Made by a program: the position numbers and the translations under genes
Shown here: positions 15,036-24,638 of the stretch, one piece after another
Numbering within the stretch: the first letter of the stretch is position 1
How the letters are laid out: each line of letters begins with the position of its first letter
Source: an uncultured Dehalococcoidales bacterium
Lineage (GTDB): Bacteria > Chloroflexota > Dehalococcoidia > Dehalococcoidales > UBA5627
Assembly: GCA_964528955.1 (NCBI GenBank)
Contig: CAZGVH010000001.1
Location: forward strand, 3,606 to 40,341
Length of the DNA: 36,736 nucleotides
Reading direction: 5' to 3'
The notes under the pieces: model-generated
What the model was told of the DNA's origin: nothing
What the model saw: only the letters and a program-made list of their open reading frames with translations
The model's database searches: none

Positions 15036-18000
15036 TTATCTCCCGGTTTAAGTGGCAAAGAAAATCCAAAAAGACTACCCCTACCTTTATTGTTATTATG
15101 TCCCCATATTATACCGCCATGGAGTTCAACAATCATCTTGGATAGGTAAAGCCCGATTCCGAGTCCTCTATTTGAGTAAGAGGTCGTATTATAAAGTTGG
15201 AAGAGATTCTTTTCTATCTCCGGATTTATACCCAACCCGTTATCTTCTATCTCGATTGTAATATTATCTGTGTTATTAATTACCCGTAAAATTATCAGGC
15301 CGCCTTTTTGAGTAAATTTGGATGCGTTATTTAACAGGTTTAACAGAACTTCACTGATGCGTTGTTCATCAACAGGTATAAGAGGTAAAGTATCGGGAAT
15401 ATCAATAATAAATTTTTGTTGTTTTTCACTGAATATATATGTTGAATACTTGGTTATGTCTATAATTATCTGATGAATATCAGAAAATCTAAGGTCCAGC
15501 TTTAACATTCCAAGTTCTCCGCGTGCTATATCATGTAATTGGTCGATTCTATTATTCAACGCATGTGAACCGTCTAGTATCGTGTTTGCCATATCGATAA
15601 TCATTTTATCTTTTGTTTTTTCTTCCAATACATCTTTTAAGACTTCGCTGGTATTTATCATGGAAGTAAGAGGTGTTTTCAGTTCATGTATTAAAGCACG
15701 AGTATATCCAACGCGGCGGTTTAATTCATTTTTCAGTTCATCTGATTTATCAATTAATTCCTGCGTTCTCGCATTGACCTGAGACTCCAATTCGATGGAA
15801 TATTTTTCAACCTTATGGATTCTTTGGTAAATAGTTAATAAAATAATGGCTATCGCTACAGCAACACAGGATAAAGCGAACCACCACTCCTTCCAGAACG
15901 GAGGAGAGATGATTATTTTCAGTGAAGTCCATTCTTCGTTTAAAAAGTTATCAATGTTTCTGGCTCTAACCTTGAATTGATACTCTCCGCTATTTACATT
16001 TGTATACCTGGCAAAGCTCTCATTGGGGCCGCAGTATTGCCAATCGGTATCGAATCCCTCCAGAATATAAGCATATTTATTATCACGCTGTGAGGTATAG
16101 TCCAAAGCAACAAAATCGATTATAAAAGAGTTATTGCTGTAAGGTAGCTTGATCTCCTTTACTTCCTCAATGGGTTTATCGAATGATATCGATTCATTGT
16201 TAATTAAAGAAAAACCATTGATTAATACGGGAGGTTTAAATGTACTTACAGGTATGGTGTTTGAGTCGAATGAAAAAAGACCATTAGACGTGCCGATAAA
16301 TATCAAACCATCTTTGTCTGTAGAGATGGAGTTGGAATAAAAAGCGCTACTGCGCAAACCATGGTCGTTCCCATATACAATGACATCCTTCGATTCGACA
16401 GATAGTTTAACAATCGAGTAGTCTATCATCAACCAGATATTACCATAGTTATCTCCTAAAACACCTGTAATACGGTTGCCCGGCAATCCATCTTTTTCTG
16501 TGTATAAATAGAAATCACTATTTCTTGAATCATATTTTACCAGCCCTTCGTTTGTCCCTATCCAGAGTACCTTGTTCACGTCCTCATAGATGCAAATAAT
16601 TTCATAGTTTAAAAAATCTTTTTCTACTTGATCTTGAGTATAGTGAATAAATCCTCCGTTTTCTTTATCCAATCTGTCCAGACCTTTGTCAGTACCGAAT
16701 AACAAATCTCCGTCTTTTATTTTATATATTATATTTACAATGTTGCTGGCTATACTTGACTGATTGTTCAGGTCAAAGTAATATCGATTAAATTTATTTT
16801 CTTGATAATTAAAACTGCAAAGTCCGTTTACCGTACCAATCCATAATAAATCCTGTTCGGCATCATAACAGAGTGAGGAAATCCAGTTGTCTGGTAAACT
16901 ATTCGGATTATCTTCTTCATAGGAATAATTTTCATATTTACCCGTTTGCGCATCTATCCTGATTAATCCGAGGTATTTTGTTCCCACCCATATAGAACCG
17001 CTATCATCCACACAAATGCTGTTTGTAGCACCATTTACTATTCCTTTGTTCATCGAGCTGTAGCTGAAATTGCGTTGTATTAAGTCTTTTTCATAGTCGA
17101 ACCATATAATACTGGTAGGTGTTCCGAGCACCATCATATTAATATCACTATAGATGCACCTTACACCGATATTATTAACGGAATCATAATAGTTAAAGCA
17201 TTGTAGATCAGGGTTAATATAGTGAACGCCCATTCTTGTCCCAAACCATAAAATACCCTGCTCGTCTTCGTAGATTGTTCTGATTATATTATTTTTGATA
17301 CTCTCAGGATTATTAGGGTCATACATATATCTGGTAAAAATTCCAGTTTCTCTGTCCAGAGTGTTCAAGCCGTTGTTTGTGCCTATCCACAGCTTGCCAT
17401 TACTGTCTTCATAAACAGTCCATATCTGATTATCACTTAAACTGGCGGGATTATCGGGGTCGTGAACGTATCTGTTAATAATCCCAGTCTCTCTATCAAA
17501 GGTATTTAAACCGTCTTCGGTACAAATCCATAACACTCCATGGCTATCTTCGTAGATGTACCATATAACATTACTGCTTATACTACCCGGATTGTCGGGT
17601 TCATAAATATATTTGGTCAAAGTCGCGGTTTTTCTATCGAAGGCTTTTAAGCCGCAATTTGTTCCTATCCACAATATTTTGTCATTGTCTTCATAAATAG
17701 CCCTGACAATACAGCTACTGGAATTAGTATTATCATCGGTATATCTGGTAAAAATCCCAGTTTCTCTATCCAGGCTGTTTAAACCATTATCTGTACCTAT
17801 CCACAATATTCCAGATTCATCTTCGTAGATATCCCAGATAATATTACTGTTGATGCTCTCGGGATTATTAGGATTATAGGTATATCCTGTAAAATTACCC
17901 GTACTGCCATCAGATTTAAATAAACCTGCCTCGGTGCCTACCCATAATACTTGCCGGCTGTCTTCGTAAATGGACCATATTACTTCATTCTCAAAGCCTG

Positions 18001-18271
18001 CTATCGATTTGCATCCAATGCTATCGTATTTATATAGTCCGCCTCGTCCGCCAATCCACATATAACCATAGTGATCTTTAAATATTGAATACACCTGGTT
18101 ATTAGATACAAATTCGTTAACATCCAGTTTGCTAAATACTATGTCAACATCACTGGATGCTGATTGTGCTTTTAATCCCATATCAGGCATCATTATCAAA
18201 CAATAAGCTAAAATAAAGATAAAAAATATCAGTCTACCAATGTTCATAATGCCTCTGAAATTATTAGTCAT
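15032..18271 (-). CDS. Sensor histidine kinase with a large extracytoplasmic beta-propeller/Y_Y_Y domain, copy A
   Basis: 1079 aa. N-terminal TM, then about 750 aa of repeated blades (...IWxIYEDxxGxLWIGTxxGLN...), a Y_Y_Y-like region (YAYILEGFDTDWQY...YQFKVRA) and a second TM. H-box HELKTPL, N-box LLNNASKFT, G-boxes DNGLGI and GLGIGL. Confidence 0.9.
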   Translation of the reverse strand: MTNNFRGIMNIGRLIFFIFILAYCLIMMPDMGLKAQSASSDVDIVFSKLDVNEFVSNNQVYSIFKDHYGYMWIGGRGGLYKYDSIGCKSIAGFENEVIWSIYEDSRQVLWVGTEAGLFKSDGSTGNFTGYTYNPNNPESINSNIIWDIYEDESGILWIGTDNGLNSLDRETGIFTRYTDDNTNSSSCIVRAIYEDNDKILWIGTNCGLKAFDRKTATLTKYIYEPDNPGSISSNVIWYIYEDSHGVLWICTEDGLNTFDRETGIINRYVHDPDNPASLSDNQIWTVYEDSNGKLWIGTNNGLNTLDRETGIFTRYMYDPNNPESIKNNIIRTIYEDEQGILWFGTRMGVHYINPDLQCFNYYDSVNNIGVRCIYSDINMMVLGTPTSIIWFDYEKDLIQRNFSYSSMNKGIVNGATNSICVDDSGSIWVGTKYLGLIRIDAQTGKYENYSYEEDNPNSLPDNWISSLCYDAEQDLLWIGTVNGLCSFNYQENKFNRYYFDLNNQSSIASNIVNIIYKIKDGDLLFGTDKGLDRLDKENGGFIHYTQDQVEKDFLNYEIICIYEDVNKVLWIGTNEGLVKYDSRNSDFYLYTEKDGLPGNRITGVLGDNYGNIWLMIDYSIVKLSVESKDVIVYGNDHGLRSSAFYSNSISTDKDGLIFIGTSNGLFSFDSNTIPVSTFKPPVLINGFSLINNESISFDKPIEEVKEIKLPYSNNSFIIDFVALDYTSQRDNKYAYILEGFDTDWQYCGPNESFARYTNVNSGEYQFKVRARNIDNFLNEEWTSLKIIISPPFWKEWWFALSCVAVAIAIILLTIYQRIHKVEKYSIELESQVNARTQELIDKSDELKNELNRRVGYTRALIHELKTPLTSMINTSEVLKDVLEEKTKDKMIIDMANTILDGSHALNNRIDQLHDIARGELGMLKLDLRFSDIHQIIIDITKYSTYIFSEKQQKFIIDIPDTLPLIPVDEQRISEVLLNLLNNASKFTQKGGLIILRVINNTDNITIEIEDNGLGINPEIEKNLFQLYNTTSYSNRGLGIGLYLSKMIVELHGGIIWGHNNNKGRGSLFGFSLPLKPGDK

Positions 18272-18645
18272 TTGATTTTATCTTACATCAGTGGTTTACG
18301 ATGTACTTATAAATTAACACTGCCTTATAAAGTCTTAACAAAGAATTGGTTATATGTAATTATATTAGTATTAAGTTAATGGATTAAAAAATAAGTAACT
18401 ATTATGAATAATAAAATACCTTACTTGTAAAATCAATAGATTTTAGATATGCTTGGCTTTTTCTAATTTGTAAAAAGATTATCTGTGACGATAATTTATC
18501 ACCATATCAAATTCCATGGGCGAAATATTACTTTTCGGTAAACAGAGCTTGCGGCTATTTATAGGCAAGACCAAAGTCGAATTGGATGGTGAATATTTTA
18601 AATTTCAAGCTATTACCGAAATACTGATTGTGGTAACAATCATAT

Positions 18646-18663
18646 CCTTGTATTGATACAAGG
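18646..18663 (-). other. 18-bp palindrome 5 nt after the stop of the NuoG-N-terminal-like gene
   Basis: CCTTGTAT-TG-ATACAAGG. No U-tract follows, so it is either a weak terminator or an operator-like site ahead of the copy A kinase promoter region. Confidence 0.3.
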
Positions 18664-18667
18664 CAGG

Positions 18668-19297
18668 CTATACTTGTTTTGCTATTAAAGCACCAACCGG
18701 ACATTTTTTTACACATTCCATACAGAAATCGCAATGTGCTATAGTCTCGAAGCAAGCAATTTTCGTATCGTATCCCCTGTTAACAAAGTATATATGGCTT
18801 ACGCCGTATATTTTTTCACAGGTTTGAACGCAGATACCACAGCGGACACATTTATCGGGGTCATAGTAAAGAAAAGGTGTTAGTGTTTCAAGGGGCAGTT
18901 TTATATTAGGAAGTCGTAAATTATCTACCCTCCGCCTGTCGATATGGAGATGTGCCATGATTTTCTGTAGCATACATTTTCCATTTGCCGGACATTCACG
19001 ACAGGTAAAGTGGTGATCAGCTATTATAAGTTCAACAATGGGGCGAATCGTCGCATCGATTTTCGGAGTATTTGTTTTAACAATCATCCCATCTTCTGCC
19101 AGTGTGCGGCAAGCCAATACAAGTTTTTCGTCGTCAATTTCAACTATGCATAAACGGCAAACACCGCTGGGAACTAAATCGGCATTATAACAGAGGTGCG
19201 GAATATAAATATTGTTTTCCAGAGCTACCTCCATAATGGTTGCTCTTTTATCGATTTCAAACTGCTGCTCATTTATAGAAAAACGTATCTTACTCAT
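18668..19297 (-). CDS. NuoG/HydA N-terminal-like Fe-S protein ([2Fe-2S] plus His-ligated and two ferredoxin-type [4Fe-4S])
   Basis: 209 aa. CYNADLVPSGVCRLC...ACRT ([2Fe-2S]); HHFTCRECPANGKC; CVRCGICVQTC and CDFCMECVKKCP. No catalytic domain follows. It overlaps the upstream gene by 8 nt. Confidence 0.8.
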   Translation of the reverse strand: MSKIRFSINEQQFEIDKRATIMEVALENNIYIPHLCYNADLVPSGVCRLCIVEIDDEKLVLACRTLAEDGMIVKTNTPKIDATIRPIVELIIADHHFTCRECPANGKCMLQKIMAHLHIDRRRVDNLRLPNIKLPLETLTPFLYYDPDKCVRCGICVQTCEKIYGVSHIYFVNRGYDTKIACFETIAHCDFCMECVKKCPVGALIAKQV

Positions 19298-20987
19298 CGG
19301 ACTTTTCTCCGTTAGTGAGATATTGGCATACGTTTGCCGGGCATTTTTTTTGATTTATATGGGCTTCATATTCATCACGAAAATAACGCAGGGTTGTCAA
19401 AACCGGATTCGGTGCGGTTCGTCCCAGACCGCATAGCGAGGTATTAGCTATGGAGTTGCTTAGTTCGAGAAGCATATCGATATCCGTCTGCTTGCCATGT
19501 CCTTTTGTGATATCGTCCAGAATATTAAACATCTGTTTTGTTCCCAGCCGACAGGGAATGCATTGCCCGCAGGATTCTTGTTGAACAAAATTGAGGAAAA
19601 ACCTTGCCAAATCGACGATACATGTATATTCGTCTAAAACTATCATACCGCCGGAACCCATAATAGAACCTACGGTCGTTAAAGAATTGAAAGACATCGG
19701 CAAGTCTAATAGTTCGGCTGGTAAGCATCCCCCTGAAGGCCCTCCTGTTTGGACTGCTTTAAATCTATTACCATTTAGAACGCCACCGGCGATATCGTAG
19801 ATTATTTTTCGTAGAGTAATCCCCATCGGAACTTCTATCAGTCCTCGATTAGCAACCTTGCCTGTTAGTGCAAATATTGCTGTACCTTTACTACTCCCGG
19901 TTCCGCGGCTGGCAAACCAATGCGCTCCGTTTTTGATAATGGCTGGAATATTAGCCAATGTTTTGACATTATTGATAACGGTTGGTTTTCCCCATAAACC
20001 GCTTTGAGCCGGGTAAGGTGGACGGTGTTGTGGCATTCCTCTATTTCCTTCTATAGAAGCTATTAGCGCTGATTCTTCACCACAGACAAAGGCTCCGGCT
20101 CCTTCTCTTATCTCGATATCGAAACTAAAATCCGAATCAAGTATATTATCACCAAGTAGATGGTATTGGCGCATCTGTTCTATAGCGATTCTTACTCTTT
20201 TAATAGCCAGGGGATATTCATCCCTAATATAAATAAATCCCAGGCTGCATCCAATGGCATAGGCTGCAATGAGCATCCCTTCCAGCACGGAATACGGGTC
20301 GCTTTCCAGAAGCGACCTGTCCATATAGGCTCCGGGGTCCCCTTCATCTGCATTGCATATAATATATTTCGTGGAAGATTCCGACTTACGGCATTCTTTC
20401 CATTTAAAACCGGTGGGGAAACCGGCTCCACCCAACCCTCGTAGTCCAGCTTTTTCTACCTCATCGATAATATCTTCCTGTGAGGTTTGCAAAGCTTTTT
20501 CGAATGCCTTATAGCCCTCAAGCGCAATATAATGAGATATAATCTCAGGGTTAATCACGCCGATATTTTTTAGAACCGTACGTTCCTGATATTTCAAAAA
20601 ATCGATTTCAAAAAGGTTAGGTATGCAATTTATTTCTTGTCCCCATGCGCCGAGTGCGAGGTCGGGACGGCAGTTATCATTTAGCAGATAATCTTTAATA
20701 AGCTCTACAGCTATATCAGAATCAAGATTTTTATAGGTAATACGAGGTTGCCCCGGTTTGATGATATCAACCATCGGCTCGCAATAACACATACCCAGGC
20801 AGCCGGTCTTGTGAATACAGGCTTTAATACAGTTCCTTACCAGGGCGTTTTCTATAGACTGATATACGGATAAGGCGCCGGCAGCTTCACCACAGGTAGC
20901 CATCCCGATAAATATTTGTGGGATGGACGGATTAATAATCTGTTGCCATTCTTTTTCGGCTTTTGTCCTGAAATCTGACAATGTCAT
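19290..20987 (-). CDS. NuoF/HydB-like FMN- and NAD(P)H-binding flavoprotein with an N-terminal thioredoxin-like [2Fe-2S] domain
   Basis: 565 aa. GLRGLGGAGFPTGFKW, ICNADEGDPGAYMDR, ESCGQCIPCRLG, SLCGLGRTAPNPV. Confidence 0.9.
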   Translation of the reverse strand: MTLSDFRTKAEKEWQQIINPSIPQIFIGMATCGEAAGALSVYQSIENALVRNCIKACIHKTGCLGMCYCEPMVDIIKPGQPRITYKNLDSDIAVELIKDYLLNDNCRPDLALGAWGQEINCIPNLFEIDFLKYQERTVLKNIGVINPEIISHYIALEGYKAFEKALQTSQEDIIDEVEKAGLRGLGGAGFPTGFKWKECRKSESSTKYIICNADEGDPGAYMDRSLLESDPYSVLEGMLIAAYAIGCSLGFIYIRDEYPLAIKRVRIAIEQMRQYHLLGDNILDSDFSFDIEIREGAGAFVCGEESALIASIEGNRGMPQHRPPYPAQSGLWGKPTVINNVKTLANIPAIIKNGAHWFASRGTGSSKGTAIFALTGKVANRGLIEVPMGITLRKIIYDIAGGVLNGNRFKAVQTGGPSGGCLPAELLDLPMSFNSLTTVGSIMGSGGMIVLDEYTCIVDLARFFLNFVQQESCGQCIPCRLGTKQMFNILDDITKGHGKQTDIDMLLELSNSIANTSLCGLGRTAPNPVLTTLRYFRDEYEAHINQKKCPANVCQYLTNGEKSDE

Positions 20988-21014
20988 AGTTTACCCCCAG
21001 CAAGGAAACTAAAA

Positions 21015-21740
21015 TTATTCAGGAATTTCCTCTTTTAACCCCGAAATATTAAAAAGTTTTTTTATTTTGTCTGAATTCATTTTTCCGTAAGTTTCGCTAT
21101 TTACGGTCATAACAGGAGCCAGAGCACAACAGCCTACACAAGCAACGGTGTCAAGAGTGTATTCATTGTCTGCAGATGTCTCACTTTCTTTTATCCCCAG
21201 CAGACTTTCTACTTCTCTTGTCAAACCGGGCGCACCGCTTATATGACAGGCAGTTCCTCTGCAAATACAGACATGCTTTCTTCCCGGTGGTTTAAGACGC
21301 AAAGATTTGTAAAAAGAAGCTACCGAACGGATGTGGCCGACAGATAAATTAAGATATCGGGCAATATGGCTAATCATATCTTCCGGTAAGTAGCCAAAAT
21401 TGGATTGGAGTGAGAGCAAAATAGGGATTAAACCGCTTTTGTTACCTCTGTAAAAAGAAAGAACCTTGCCGAATCTGAGATATTTAAACAGAGGGATGCT
21501 CATCGGGCATTCTGCTGTACAGTCACCGCAATCGTTACATTTAGCGATACCGTGTTTTATGCAATCTTCAAAGCGCCCTAATTTAATATCTTCCAAGAGA
21601 ACAGATGGCCAAAGCCCCTTATCGCAAACTTCCATGCATATATTACATTCAATACAGGGATTCTCCCTTATCAATTTTTTATCGTCAGGTTTATCATGCC
21701 GCTTGTTGAAAAAAGAAAAAGCCGTTGCAATTTTGTTCAT
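21015..21740 (-). CDS. NuoE/HydC-like [2Fe-2S] protein with an N-terminal 2x[4Fe-4S] ferredoxin extension
   Basis: 241 aa. CIECNICMEVC and CNDCGDCTAECP, then the NuoE-like segment LLSLQSNFGYLP...VCICRGTACHISG...VACVGCCALAPV. Confidence 0.8.
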   Translation of the reverse strand: MNKIATAFSFFNKRHDKPDDKKLIRENPCIECNICMEVCDKGLWPSVLLEDIKLGRFEDCIKHGIAKCNDCGDCTAECPMSIPLFKYLRFGKVLSFYRGNKSGLIPILLSLQSNFGYLPEDMISHIARYLNLSVGHIRSVASFYKSLRLKPPGRKHVCICRGTACHISGAPGLTREVESLLGIKESETSADNEYTLDTVACVGCCALAPVMTVNSETYGKMNSDKIKKLFNISGLKEEIPE

Positions 21741-21911
21741 ATTATATTTACCTGATATTTAATTTTATGAATGTATAGGAATATACATGTGTATTATAGA
21801 ATATAGTCACTAAATATAATAGTTCTATTAGATTGTGGTGTCTGCAAAATTGAATTTTAAATGTAAGTAACAATTAATAGACACTATTACAGAATAATAA
21901 TATTTTTATAA

Positions 21912-22976
21912 TTACTCCTTTAAATTAGGAAACTTATCTTTTGCATCTATTTCTTTTTCTCCGGTATATAGACCATATTCAACCAACTCTGATGCCAGTG
22001 CATCACAATAATTGCATTTATTACAGTCTTTCCCACAAGATGTAACTTTTTCAAAAAATCCATATTGCTCTAATAACCTGTTATTCAGGCATATACCGTT
22101 CACCATAGAGTACTGTTCCAAACTTCCAGTTAAAATATCCAACAGGTCTCCATCCCATTTTTCATCCATATATGCCTTTACAGCCCGTATAATCTTACTC
22201 TCCGGGGAAGCTCTGCCAACGATCTTAATAGAACTGGTTATTTCTATATATTTATGCATATCCTCAGGTCTTATCCATCCCGATTTTAATATCTGTGACG
22301 GGTCTTGACGGAATACTTCATTACAATATTTAAAAAACACCGGCTTTTCAGAACCTGTATTTTTAGAAACGTGAGAAATATAATTAATATGGAATTTTCT
22401 GAATGGACAATTACTCAAACATCCTTCATTTACCATCAATTTCAATTTGACGCCGGTTACTTTCTTAATTTCCTTAAGAAGCTCAAGGTCATGATTTATA
22501 CATGGATCCGGTATAATAACGTCTGCTCCCAAATCAGTGAAAATCTCTGCCCGTTTGAGCGAATTGATGTCACATAGTACAGATGCATATATTTCTATAT
22601 CCGGGATGCGATTCTTGATCATGTTAATAAAAATAGGATTGGCGATCGTTACCGATTCCAAACCGTGTTCTTTATGTAACATTTCAATATATTCTACTGT
22701 TTTCTTCTGCATATCGCTGGTATACCAGTCTTCTCCCTCGCAGGTCGAATTCAATAACAGATTAACCTTAAATCCCAATACATGTATCCTCTTGACTATT
22801 AACAGGAAGCTATCCATATCCAGTTTCCCCATAGCTCTACCTGAGGCAAAATATTCCTGAGGACCAGAGAGATAGACCTCGGTTATTTTGTTGCCGCTGC
22901 ATTCATTCATGCTATAGTATTCTGATAAAGTTTTGGCATTCATATTGTAAGGTACTGAAAATTCCAGATTTGTCAT
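21912..22976 (-). CDS. Peptidase-U32-family protein (UbiU/UbiV/TrhP/RlhA-like) with a C-terminal CX3CX2CX2C motif, paralogue 1
   Basis: 354 aa. U32-like collinear blocks: EVYLSGPQEYFASGR, KVNLLLNSTCEG, GLESVTIANPIFINMIKNRIPDIEIYASV, GADVIIPD, LMVNEGCLSNCPFR, IKIVGRASP. C-terminal SCGKDCNKCNYC. AGAGGAG lies 8 nt upstream of the ATG. Confidence 0.65.
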   Translation of the reverse strand: MTNLEFSVPYNMNAKTLSEYYSMNECSGNKITEVYLSGPQEYFASGRAMGKLDMDSFLLIVKRIHVLGFKVNLLLNSTCEGEDWYTSDMQKKTVEYIEMLHKEHGLESVTIANPIFINMIKNRIPDIEIYASVLCDINSLKRAEIFTDLGADVIIPDPCINHDLELLKEIKKVTGVKLKLMVNEGCLSNCPFRKFHINYISHVSKNTGSEKPVFFKYCNEVFRQDPSQILKSGWIRPEDMHKYIEITSSIKIVGRASPESKIIRAVKAYMDEKWDGDLLDILTGSLEQYSMVNGICLNNRLLEQYGFFEKVTSCGKDCNKCNYCDALASELVEYGLYTGEKEIDAKDKFPNLKE

Positions 22977-23045
22977 TTATAATCTCCTCTATAAAAAGTC
23001 TGTCAATGTATGTTCTTTCTTTAATTTAGTATAAACTGCATTTAA

Positions 23046-23720
23046 TTATAGATTACGCGTATTTAATAAATGTTTTTTATGTATAGTCATATTCAGAACC
23101 CAACGCCAGTTCAATACTATATGTATAATTATTATTGAAATGATAGCTACCGCTAACCAGGCATGAATATCAACCCATATATTTCTCTGCAATCCCCAAA
23201 AAGTACGACCTAATCCAATCAGCATATTTTCATAATCAAGTGCACCGCGCGGTAATACTAACCAGATAATAAAACCGGAAAGACAATCCAGTATAAAAAG
23301 AATAAACAATAATAGTGCAGCAATATATTGTTCTATTGCTTTTACCTTTATTATCGGCCAATTAATATAATCCCTAAACTTTCTTGTTAAACTAATGATC
23401 CACTTCCAATGCAGAACAATATGCAGAATTATTATTCCCAAGAGAACTATCGATGCCCAGTTGTGTACGTCTATCCACGTATATCTTGGCCAATTCATTA
23501 TAGTAATGTAGTTTCCGGTAATGCCGTAACCTTCGGCATTGCACCACATATATCCAGAAGCGCTCCCCAGTTCTCCGTGTGCTCCCTGTCCCATGGGAAG
23601 AATAAACCATAATATATAACTGGATACCAAGGTAACCAGGATAGACAACAGTGCTATTACATCCAGCAAGAAGTTAACATATCTTTTAATAATCTTTGCC
23701 ATGTCAATTCCAAAATTCAA
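23046..23720 (-). CDS. DUF4405-like membrane protein (putative cytochrome-b-like), copy B
   Basis: 224 aa, 4 TM. The first motif ILHIVLHWKW is intact; the second reads IIHIVLNWRW (His to Asn). Paralogue of 7227..7892. Confidence 0.65.
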   Translation of the reverse strand: MNFGIDMAKIIKRYVNFLLDVIALLSILVTLVSSYILWFILPMGQGAHGELGSASGYMWCNAEGYGITGNYITIMNWPRYTWIDVHNWASIVLLGIIILHIVLHWKWIISLTRKFRDYINWPIIKVKAIEQYIAALLLFILFILDCLSGFIIWLVLPRGALDYENMLIGLGRTFWGLQRNIWVDIHAWLAVAIISIIIIHIVLNWRWVLNMTIHKKHLLNTRNL

Positions 23721-23764
23721 TAAAGCTAGGACATTATATTTAATGATTCATATCCAAATTAACC

Positions 23765-24583
23765 TTATACCAGCGGGACCCTTAAATTTTCGTGAAATGA
23801 ATCCAGAAAGCTTATATCCTTCTCTGATATAGCGAAGTCAAATATGTCTATATTTTCCCTGATCCTGTCTTCATTCGATGATTTGGGAATTGTTACCAAT
23901 CCTTTTTGAAGCGCCCAACGGATTAGTACCTGAGCAGCAGTTTTATGATACTTCAGTGACAGCAAGACTAATTTTGAATCTGTTAATTTTACTTTTCTTG
24001 TAAGCGGGCAATATGATTCAACTTGTATTTTATGAATTTGGCAGAACTCGAGAAGTTCCTTTTGATAAAAGTAAGGATTAAATTCGACTTGATTAACAGA
24101 AGGAATAACTGAAGAGTTGTCTATCAGATATTCGAGTTGTGGAATGGTATAATTGCTGACACCTATAGCCCTGCATTTACCTTGTTTTAGCAATGTTTCC
24201 ATTGCATTCCAGGTTTCATCAAGCAATTCTTGAGCAGGCCAGTGTATCAAGTAAAGATCGATATAGGAAAGCTTTAATAATTTAAGGCTTCTTTCACAGG
24301 CATTAAGTGTAGATTTGTATCCCTGTTCTGCCGGCCACAATTTGGTAGTGATAAAAATATCTTCTCTCGGTATACAGCTTTTATTGACAGCTGTTCCAAT
24401 ATCCTTTTCATTCTGATATATCATGGCGGTATCGATAAGCCTGTATCCGTTTCTTAGGGAACATAATACTGACTTCTCTGCTACCTCGCCATAGAGTTGC
24501 CAGCTACCGAATCCTATAATAGGCATTTCTACTCCGTTATTAAGTCTTACTCTTGTTTCCGAATTGATTTTATTATTTGACAT
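23765..24583 (-). CDS. Aldo/keto reductase (NAD(P)H-dependent)
   Basis: 272 aa. Catalytic tetrad context LIDTAMIYQNE, ITTKLW, LYLIHWP. Typical AKR length and N-terminal MPIIGFGSWQL. Confidence 0.9.
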   Translation of the reverse strand: MSNNKINSETRVRLNNGVEMPIIGFGSWQLYGEVAEKSVLCSLRNGYRLIDTAMIYQNEKDIGTAVNKSCIPREDIFITTKLWPAEQGYKSTLNACERSLKLLKLSYIDLYLIHWPAQELLDETWNAMETLLKQGKCRAIGVSNYTIPQLEYLIDNSSVIPSVNQVEFNPYFYQKELLEFCQIHKIQVESYCPLTRKVKLTDSKLVLLSLKYHKTAAQVLIRWALQKGLVTIPKSSNEDRIRENIDIFDFAISEKDISFLDSFHENLRVPLV

Positions 24584-24638
24584 TGCATTTTAAAAAAGAA
24601 AGCGTTTTAATAAATTAGTCGTGTATTTATATTTACGG

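Noticed and set aside
18516-18656. 46-codon plus-strand ORF (MGEILLFGKQSLRLFIGKTKVELDGEYFKF...) in the 396-nt gap before HK copy A
   Set aside because: It would be the only plus-strand gene in the window. It has no Shine-Dalgarno and no recognisable motif. It is more likely promoter or UTR sequence for the kinase operon, and worth rechecking only if transcript data show plus-strand expression.
18555-18755. 66-aa minus-strand ORF overlapping the end of the NuoG-N-terminal-like gene
   Set aside because: It overlaps a well-supported Fe-S protein gene in another frame. It has no SD, and its composition is consistent with an AT-rich chance ORF.
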